64,000 nt of DNA, from positions 1,798,001 through 1,862,000 of the forward strand of contig CM074808.1 in NCBI GenBank assembly GCA_037447605.1. The letters run 5' to 3'. Below are positions 12,370 through 21,200 of this stretch, piece by piece. The number at the start of each line of letters is the position of its first letter. The stretch's first letter is position 1. The position numbers were made by a program, and so were the translations under genes. The notes below the pieces were generated by a model. The model searched no databases and had not been told where the DNA came from. It saw only the letters and a list, made by a program, of their open reading frames with translations. Origin of the DNA: Zygnema circumcarinatum SAG 698-1b. Taxonomy: Eukaryota > Plantae > Zygnematophyceae.

Positions 12370-12955
12370 GCGATTGGGCGAGCGCCGTCCGGGCAGCTCA
12401 AGGTTGGCCACGAGCTGCCCGTAGAGGAAAGGTGTGGCCCAAATGGTGGGCCGCGCGTCTACCTCACCTCAAATCTTGGATAGGACTGTACGGACAGACA
12501 GGTGGCGCCACCGCCGTGGAGGAATGGTCGCGTACGGTGCGCGTGACGCGACGTGACGCGCCGAAGGGGGGCTGCACCTGCTCGTACTCGCGGCGAGGGA
12601 GGACCGGAAAGAATTTCAGCTGCCCGGCCGACGCTCGCCTGATCGCGGACGGACGCGGCAGCCGACAAAACATTTCGGGCCATGCGTTGGTCGGGCCATG
12701 GGTTGGATCGACTATTGGATCCAATGGCTGCGATTGGGCGTGCGTCGTCCGCGTCAGCTCAAGGTTGGCCGCGAGCTGCCCGGTGAGGAAAGGTGTGGCC
12801 AAAAACGGTGGGCCGCGCGCCTACCTTATCTCCAAATCTGGACAATATAATATCGACGGTAGAAACGAAGCCACGTGTTTATTAGGTGGTTGACAAATTT
12901 CCATCGTCGGATCGCGGTTCGCGCACGCACTTAAGGGGGGCCGCATCTGGTCGTT
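12370..12955. repeat. Diverged direct dimer, period about 361 bp, in a divergent promoter region
   Basis: cagctcaaggttggcc.cgagctgccc...gaggaaaggtgtggcc...gtgggccgcgcg at 12394 and 12755; aagggggg-c.gca.ctg.tcgt at about 12564 and 12932. Confidence 0.85.
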
Positions 12956-13289
12956 ATTTATAGTGACAGTTTTTGACAATTAGAATGGGAAATTTCAATT
13001 CCAGTTCTTATACTGTACACATGCGCTTTCCCAGTTACAGTCGTGCGCCGTAAGCCCCTTTACGGAACTATGTGTTAAAGAGCGGCAGACCTCTCGTACA
13101 AGGAGCCCCCGTCCCCTCTCCCGGAAACCACGAGGTAACAAGGTAACGAGGTAACGAGAAACGAGGTACAGTAACGAGGTTTGCGTAGCTTTATTTGCGT
13201 AGGCGGTCGCATAACGTATAGCCTTTAAAACCTCTAAGAGGAAAAGAGAGAAACTCGCAAACAAGGCATTCAAATGGTGGACCGCGTTG

Positions 13290-14310
13290 TTTTACCCCCA
13301 TTTCACCTCTGGCTGCCCGCTCCTCTCACTGTCTCCCGCATTGCCCGCCCCCATCTCGCCCTCCTCCCTGTCCTCTTCTTTACCTGTCTTTCGCCTCCCC
13401 TTTTCTTTCCCTTCTCCTTCTCCCGTCTTTCTCTACTGTCAGCGCTTGTCACATGGCTGACTGTTAGTTACTGTGGAGGGGCTAGGAATTGCAAGCGCTG
13501 CGAGTACAGAGTGATGGAAAGTCCACAGCAGCGGCTCTCAACACGAGTGGAGCGGGGGCGGACAGGAATGCCATCCACGCGCTGGCGTGCTTCGATGGCG
13601 GGGATGCGGCGTCTGCGTGGCCGCATCTCGGGCTCACCCCGCAGAGCAACAAAGAACTCACTTCTGATCCTCGCCAGGCGCTCGTCCGGAGTGATCAAAT
13701 GCTTCTGCAGGCCATGAAATGCCAGAAAGAGGGCCGCAGCCCTCTTTCTCGCCGCCGCGATTAGGGTTCGCCTTCGCCCTCCCTCCCTCCCTCCCTCCCT
13801 CCCTCCCCGCCTCCTCCAGGACAGCGGCCGCCATGGTGTCCGGGTCGGGAGTCCAGGCCAAGGTGGTGGTCGTGGACGCGCGCCACCACATGCTGGGCCG
13901 GCTGGCGTCCATCATCGCCAAGGAGCTTCTTAATGGCCTGAGAGTGGTGAGCATGCGTCCTCAGCGTTTTTAGGGTTAGGGATTGATACTTTTTTTTTCT
14001 CCTCTCTTCTCTTCTCTTGTCTGTCGCCCTCCGCCGCTTTTTTTCCTCCCGTCGCACCTCTCACCTTTTTCTGTACAACTGCATATTTGTCGATTACTCG
14101 TGTCCATCGCCTGTCCTACCTCCTTTCCCTCCTTCGCCTACCTTTGCCGCTCCTTTTCGTTGTTTTACCCCTATTTCACCTCTGGCTGCCCGCTCCTCTC
14201 CCTGTCTCTCGCATTGCCCGCCCCCATCTCGCCCTACTCCCCGTCCTCTCCTTTACCTTTCTCCGCCCCTTTTCTCTCCCTTCTCCTTCTCCCGTCTTTC
14301 TCTACTGTCT
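13290..14310. repeat. About 150-bp pyrimidine-rich sequence present twice (13290-13440 and about 14163-14310)
   Basis: tttcacctctggctgcccgctcctctc...cttctccttctcccgtctttctctactgtc is shared by a copy upstream of RPL13a and a copy in its first intron. Confidence 0.85.
13761..13981. promoter_or_regulatory. Telo-box elements (AACCCTAA) in the RPL13a leader and first intron
   Basis: ttagggtt at 13761-13768 and tttagggttaggg at 13969-13981. Telo-boxes are established elements of plant ribosomal-protein genes. Confidence 0.6.
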
Positions 14311-15235
14311 CCGTTCCTCTCTCTCCCTCTCCGTCCTCTCTCCTGTCCCCCTTCCTGGTAGTGCGCAATTTTCTCTCACGCATTCCTCACCCTCTTGGAA
14401 GGCATATGCGTGCTCCGTGCGGACGAATTTCTTCCAGGCGGTGGTTCGATGTGAGGAAATCTGCCTGTCAGGAGGATTGGTTCGCCAAAAGATGAAGTAG
14501 CTCCGATTCTTGCGAAAGCGCATGAACACAAAGCCTAGCAAGGGGCCCATTCACTTTCGGGCACCCTCCAGAATATTGTGGAGGACTATCCGTGGGTGAG
14601 TTATTATTTTGTGAGGTGGAAGCTTGGCTTCTGAACAGTTGAGCAGAGTTCAACTTCTGCTGTAATTGGATAGGGACAGTATGCCTTTGGATGTTTTGTT
14701 TCCATGCACTCAGTTTCGCCTGCTTGTGGGGATGAAAGCTTGGCGCCAATCAAGGATGTTGTACATATAAGTTGTGGAACGAAAGTTCTCTCAGCGCGGG
14801 GTTTATCTTCTTTCAGGCTACATTAAGCTTCCACATACATTATTTTTGGATACGTGATTTTAGAAGCTAAACTGCTCATTTTGTAATACACATTCTATAT
14901 ATTTTGAAAATGTCTAGACAAAAACACTTTTTCAGATGAAAGATTCTTGGTAGAAAAAGAGTCTGATATGCAACTCATTTCGCGGGTTATCAGATGGTTA
15001 TCAGGGACGTGGTCGGTGTCGTGTTTCTCTATGCTTTCCCTCTCCCAATTCACCTTTTGGTCATTCCCTCGCCCTCACATGCTCCCTTCCCCTCCTCCCT
15101 CTCGCACCTCGTCCACTTCCCCCCCGCTTCTCTCTTCCCCCTCTTATCTTCTCTTCGCCACTCGCCACCTTACTCCCACGTTTGCCCCTCGTTCCCTCCT
15201 ACCTTCTCCCTAAAACCACCCTCCCTTCCTCCCTA

Positions 15236-15300
15236 AAACCTCCCTCCCTCCCTCCCTCCCTCCCTCCCTCCCTCCCTCCCTCCCTCCCTTCCTCCCTCCC
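15236..15300. repeat. (CCCT)n microsatellite in RPL13a intron 2
   Basis: Directly visible. Confidence 0.9.
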
Positions 15301-16299
15301 GTCGCCCCTCCCTTTCTCACTCCCTCCCCTCCCTCCCTGTAGAAAGTAGTGGAGAAGCTCAGTTGCTGAGGGGGTGGAAGTGCAGAATGATTCCCGACAA
15401 GACCAAGAGAGGCGCAGCTGCATTGGAGCGCTTGAAGGCCATTGAAGGAATTCCCGCCGCGTACGACAAAACAAAGCGTGTTGTCGTCCCTGATGCTCTC
15501 AAGTAAGTGAAGAATGCACTGTTGATCCTAATTCTCACCTGTACTGTGTTGAACTTATGTTTTTTGGTTTATTAAATGATACCTTGAACAACAAACTCCA
15601 GTGCTCACAAGTAGGGGCACGGCATGGAATTGCTATGAGTTGATCTGTGTGTTCGGATTGTTTCGGGATTAGGGTTTTGCGCCTTCAGCCCGGCCACAAA
15701 TACTGTTTGTTGGGTCGCCTTTCGCACGAAGTGGGCTGGCATCACCTGGAGACCATTAATGTAAGTAACTTTTCCGGATTCAAAAGAATTAGCTAATCGG
15801 AAAATAGTTGGGCTGATGATGGAAAGGACTAGGTTCTAAGTTAATACGTGATATGGACTATGTGAGCACAAAACCGGACAATATCCAAGTAGGTTTAGAA
15901 GGCTTTCGGTTACCCACATCCATGGACAGAGAGTTCATGAACACAGTAATCAAGTAATGCCGCTTTCATACCTCTACATGAATAACCTCACACAGCGATT
16001 GCATCATCCATTGACTGATGCAGTGATAAGGTCAGGGATTAACGAAAGAGATGCGATGATAATTCTCTGCAGCTAGAGGCGCTCGGGCTTTTGATTCGTC
16101 AAAGTTGTTTTGCAGGTTGTCTTGTATGAGCTACTCATAATGGGCTGTTGTCTCTTCCCCTCCGTCGTTCGTTTCCTCCCCGCTCTTCTCCCGTCTCTCT
16201 TCTTGAGATCACTGATGATCACTGATGGGGCCTGCGGATCTGTTACGATGGGTGCAGGAGCTGGAGGCGAAGCGGAAGGAACTGTCGGCCGAGTTGTAC

Positions 16300-16512
16300 A
16301 AGAAGAAGAAGAAGAAGAAGAAGAAGAAGAAGAAGAAGAAGAAGAAGAAGAAGAAGAAGAAGAAGAAGAAGAAGAAGAAGAAGAAGAAGAAGAAGAAGAA
16401 GAAGAAGAAGAAGAAGAAGAAGAAGAAGAAGAAGAAGAAGAAGAAGAAGAAGAAGAAGAAGAAGAAGAAGAAGAAGAAGAAGAAGAAGAAGAAGAAGAAG
16501 AAGAAGAAGAAG
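16300..16512. repeat. Perfect (AAG)71 trinucleotide repeat
   Basis: 213 bp uninterrupted; matches the 71 Lys in ORF 16225..16623. Confidence 0.98.
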
Positions 16513-17496
16513 GCGGCTTTGCAGAGGCGGCTGAAGGCAACAGTGGCTGCCACTGAGAGAGAAGCTGGCGGAGGAGCACAAGGCCGTGCTGGATTGCCGT
16601 TGTCCTCCAAGGCGTCGGAGTAGAGCACTAGACGCTGCAAGAGCGACACCTTTCTATCTTGCCACTGTGCGGAAGGAAGCCTGTTTTGGAGCAGAATTGA
16701 AGGGAGTCGTCGTTGAAAGAGAAGCTGTGTCCTTCTTTTCCAATCGAACGGAGATTGCCTATCGTGTGCAGCTGTGAGGCTTGTCTGTGGGGAAGTGTGT
16801 GCTGACCATGCATATGCGGTAACCCTAAAGGCAATGCGGCCACTCAGCTTTGGGTGAGTGTGCATGGGACCATGGTGATTCACTTCCTGAGGGGGCCATC
16901 ATAGGTGATTGATTGATAGGTCCAGCACTGTGGCCACACGAAGGCACATGTCACTCCTCTCTTGTTCAATCTCGTGAGGGTATGGAACTGAGTTGTCGTT
17001 CTGAGTTACGTCAGCTAAAGTATCCAGCATGGAAACGACGGGCTGTTTAACGTTAACTGCTATCTAGCATAGATCGCCGTTGCCCTTAGCCGTACGACAC
17101 TGTCACGTCACAATCCTGGCTTGAAACCGGGATACGATATGTCCAGGGCGTCACGATATATCGCGTGAACCATGTCCGCCGGAAAAGAGAGAAGACACTG
17201 CGCCCCCGCACTATAAAAGTCCAAAACCGAGTACCGATATGATACAAGAATATCGCGATACTCGGTTTGACGTGCGCCAAACGAGGACGGTTTGTGCGGC
17301 GCATATCGTATCGTATCGTATTGCGGCGAAAGGCGAGTCCAGTAAGTGTGGGTTTGTTGTTGTCGCGCCAGGCCATGGATGGATGGATGGGTGGATGGAT
17401 GGTTCTCGCTCTGGCTGTTGGTGTTGTTGTTGTTGGTAAGAAGCTAGAGAGAGCTAGGCGTGGCCGTTTCTTAGCGAAGGAAGGAAGGTCTGCCAA

Positions 17497-17660
17497 GTCT
17501 GACCCCCCCTATTGTTGTATTATGTATTAGGGGGGGTCAGACATTGACCATGGCCTTACTAAATTCCCGAATTTAGTATACTAAAAGTCAAAGTTTTGCG
17601 TACGAATTCCGGGTCGGGATCCGCGGCTCCACTGTACCCAGCCGCACCGAAATGCGTACC
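17497..17660. mobile_element. Two abutted ends of the GGGGG(G)GTCAGAC TIR element family (truncated copies)
   Basis: gtctgacccccccta (17497-17511) and tagggggggtcagac (17528-17542). 17530-17625 is co-linear with the reverse complement of about 4970-5071. Confidence 0.7.
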
Positions 17661-18220
17661 TAGCCAATGCTAAGAGGTGGTTTTTTCCCCCTTTTTTTTT
17701 TTTATCGAACGACATACCGTAGGAAGCCATGCCTTCGCCTTCGCAGTTCATGAGTTGCGTTGGAAGCGCAGAACGATGCCGAGGTCGATTGCCGCCGTCG
17801 CAGGGTCCCTCTCGCGGGCTCCTCCCGTACGAGCAAGGCCATCGGCCGGCCGTACTGTACTGTTCCATGCCTCAGAATTGCCCTTCGTACACTGCGCCGT
17901 GGAACTGCGACACGACACGGCGCCACAAAGAACCGCCGAGCAACGGCGAGCGTTGAACGGGCGCCACAGCGACACGCCTCGCGTGGCCCCGCGGGCGGTT
18001 TGCCGCGGGCGCGCTCTCCTCCTCCGGGGGAGGGCGCTGGCAGGAAGGAGGGGGCGGGGGCGGGGGCGGGAGGCGGGGGCTGGGTCTGGGTGTGGCGGTC
18101 CGAAGACCAAGGCAGGCACTGAAGGGGTAGTAGTGGGAGCAGGTGCATTGCAGCACTACAGTGGCAGGGGGAGAGAAAGGAGCTGCATTTCTTTCAGAAA
18201 CGTGGTTGAAGGTATTTTCC

Positions 18221-21200
18221 ATGTCGTCTAATCCTTTCGCAAATGGTGAGGAATCCTCGCCTTTCCAAGCAACACGCACGGATGGCTTGACTGGGCCTCT
18301 GCCGTCTATTTCGCTGTTAACGAATACATTCAATGGCCAGCTGCGCTCGAATAACGGCAGCCAGAACAGGAATTCGGTAGCCTTAAATGCTCGTATAGGA
18401 GGGCAGACGACTCCAGCTCCGATCAGTACGACTTCTGTTGAACTTTTATCCGCAGGAGGTGTCAGCTTTAGTTCTGCCCGGCGGACCACTCCACAGACTC
18501 CACTCAATAAGTCAGGATCAACAGGCGCTGGTTCCGCTGAGCGGGTTTCATGGAAAACGGCCAGTATAAACCTGCAAGCTGGCAGCATCCCGAGTTCTTA
18601 TGCTGTCAGTGCCAAAGAAACAGCGAACAAGGCATCGCTCCCTGGAACAGAACGTATTTTCAAAACTTCATTGCCGAGTACTTCCAATTTTTCTAAGTTT
18701 TTCGAGGACCTTGGTAGGCCTGCTATTTTGTTCCCGACATCTCGCAGCGTTCCCCTCTCGGCTACCGCGTCTGATGGACAAATGTCTTTGGCTGCTATGG
18801 CTGCAATTTCTCCTCCCACGCCTGCACTCTCCTCTTTCTTTAGGAGCTCCAACATCCCTCCCGACGTATCGCCCACAGATGCAATTAGAGGAGGGGAGGA
18901 AGCAACTGTTGCCACTTCATCAATGCCAACCAGCCCCTTACTTTCCCCTTCTTTCGCCAGCCAACAAGCCCCCCCTATTCTATCAGATGTTGACTGGAAG
19001 TTTCTTGAGCAAGCCTCAGCATCTCCTGTCCTTGCCCTTCCTGCCCCCCTCGATTTTACTGAACCCCGTGTGAAAGTGGAAGAGCAAGCTGAAGTACATG
19101 TCCAAGAACCCCAGTTGTCTAGTTCCCTGCACGACAAAAAAGATGTGTTGCCGAGGCATAGACGAGGTCGCAGTTTAGGTGATGATTACAGTATTCGCGA
19201 TGAATTCATTCCTAGGGAAAGCGAAGGTGATACCCGTAATGCTGGTGAGGGAGTAAGAGGAGCTGAAGCAGCTGAACAGACTGCGGTTGTCAATAGCGGG
19301 GTCGTGGCAAAATTCAGATCAGAAAGAATGAGCGCTAGCGAGATTGTTGGCTTAGCAGAACGGGACACAGGCAGTCTTGGGGCAGTCCCTGACATTGATG
19401 TGAGCAGGTCTAGTGCAAGTCAAATAACAGGAGCAAGTCCTCAGGACAACTTAGGATCAAGTAAGGGCTTTAGGGCTTTTCCACAAGAAGAACCGGTAAA
19501 GGAACAGCAGTCCCAAGTAACTTCTTTCGGGCGAAGGGAAGGATTAGCAGATTTTCAAAAGAGAGATGCCGGTACAATCATTCGTAGAAGTCGCTACAGC
19601 CCACCCCAACGAGGCCCAGTTCACTTGGAGAGGCCAGTTTCGTTGGAAGTTCGCCCAAAGCCAAGACAGATAGACTATCAGGCAGATAATAAGGTTCGAG
19701 TGATGGCTTGTACAGATACTATCATCTGCACTGCTGCAGATGACGGCTTTCGCGCTTGGAATTTGGCTTACGCCATGGACCAGGGCAGCTGTGCTGATGA
19801 TGGAGCTGTGGGCGACGAGGACGCTGCAGCGGCCGTTTTCCGACCTGTGCTCGGTGCAAGAATACTTTGCCTGACTGTAGATAGGCAAGGAGACCATCTG
19901 TGGAGTGGGCACGCAGACGGGGCAGTGAGAGTGTGGCCACTACAGTCGAAGACACAGCAGCTGCCAGAAGTTGGTGACTTCATCTTGGAATGGCAAGCGC
20001 ATCGTCAACCAGTAACCGCCCTTACGATAAGTTCCTACGGTAAGTAACCTCAACGCTGCAACAACGGGATCGAGGATCATTTTGATCTTACTTTAAATGG
20101 CTTATTGGCTATATCTGCCAAAATTTTCCTAAACCCTTCACCTTTTCGGAAGTGCTTAGGAGAGATGCAGGCGTATGATCTGATGATCTTGCTGAAAAGC
20201 ACCTCGAGTACATTTCAATCTTGACCCTCTGATTCGTCTTGTTTCCTGCAGGTGAACTTTGGACGGGAGCAGAGGGTGGGTCTATGCGAGTGTGGCCGTG
20301 GGAGGCCCTTACAAAGGCTTTGGCTGATACAAAGGGAAGCGGATTCGCCAGCAGGCCCTGTCTGTGGCTGGCGGGAGCAGGGCAGGACCTGAGTGCTCGC
20401 CCTTCCGGAGAACATTCTGGAAACAGCAAACTTCACAGTGTTGTACGCTTCCTGTTGGCAGACCATGCCAACTGCCGGATTTGGAGTGGAGGGCTGCATA
20501 ATGTAGCCATCTGGTAAGTCGTGCGACGGCCGCCTTTCAGGAGTGATTCAGATTTCTGGTTGTTTCTGACTGCATACCGCAGACTTGCTGAACGAAACCT
20601 GCAATACAAGATGAAGTCTGTCCTATCATTATGATTCGGCTTGGTGTGGTGTACGGGCTTCAGGGATGCTCGCCAGCGGGAAGTCGTAAAGGTGGTGGGA
20701 CCCAGTTCGCAGTTTGAATTTCCAGGCCGCACCCCTGCATCTGGTCGAGAAAAAAACACAGATCCGTTCAAGGATCGAGCTCAAGACAGTAGTGTGCTCG
20801 ATGATGAGATATCACGAGGAGGTAAAAGTGAGGATAAGGACAAGAATAAATTCTGGAGGATCGTACGCTCCTCCGCAGTCCGACCCGTTAGACGATTGGG
20901 AGCTCTTGCCGTTGCCGCTGATGGGAGTGTGTGGGTAGGCTATGCCAATGGGCTGCTGCAGCGGTGGGATAAACATGGCAGTCGGTTGGAAGATCTCACC
21001 CCTTCCTCCGCTGCTGTGTGTTCCATGGTGGCCGTTGGGACCCGCATTTGGGTCGGTTACGCTGACAGAAAGATCGCGGTTTTTAGTGGAAAGAATGGAC
21101 GCAAGATAGGGGGATGGGAGGCACACAAGACAAGCATAGCGCAGCTTGCAGTGTGTGGGGACCATGTGGTCAGCCTCGCCGCGCATGGAGGGCTCAGGGC

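Larger units (their letters stand above)
13833..16623 (+). pseudogene. RPL13A: 60S ribosomal protein L13a (uL13), apparently disrupted
   Basis: Exons 13833-13946 ([15 protein letters not shown]), 14438-14595 ([30 protein letters not shown]), 15384-15502, 15673-15760 ([21 protein letters not shown]), 16258-16623. In-frame TAG at 14498-14500 where Tyr is conserved, (AAG)71 in the last exon, and a probable GA-slippage frameshift near 16555-16562. Gene identity is certain; pseudogene status depends on assembly accuracy. Confidence 0.75.

Noticed and set aside
13468-13698. Minus-strand 76-aa ORF ([16 protein letters not shown]...) upstream of RPL13a
   Set aside because: Short, GC-rich, starts at a non-ATG codon, lacks supporting exons and has no recognisable motif.
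13969-13981. Telomere or chromosome-fusion remnant
   Set aside because: Only two units; better explained as telo-box regulatory elements.
16073-16883. Poly-Ser, poly-Glu, poly-Phe and poly-Leu ORFs
   Set aside because: Alternative-frame readings of the (AAG)71 repeat.
15761-17030. Candidate box C/D snoRNAs in the RPL13a intron or downstream (TGATGA/GTGATT...CTGA)
   Set aside because: Box spacing is too long or lacks terminal stems, and no convincing rRNA complementarity of 10 nt or more was seen.
18598-19912. Long antisense ORFs over 5-phosphatase exon 1 (and similarly over INTS3 and the kinase)
   Set aside because: Shadow ORFs of real coding exons in GC-rich sequence.
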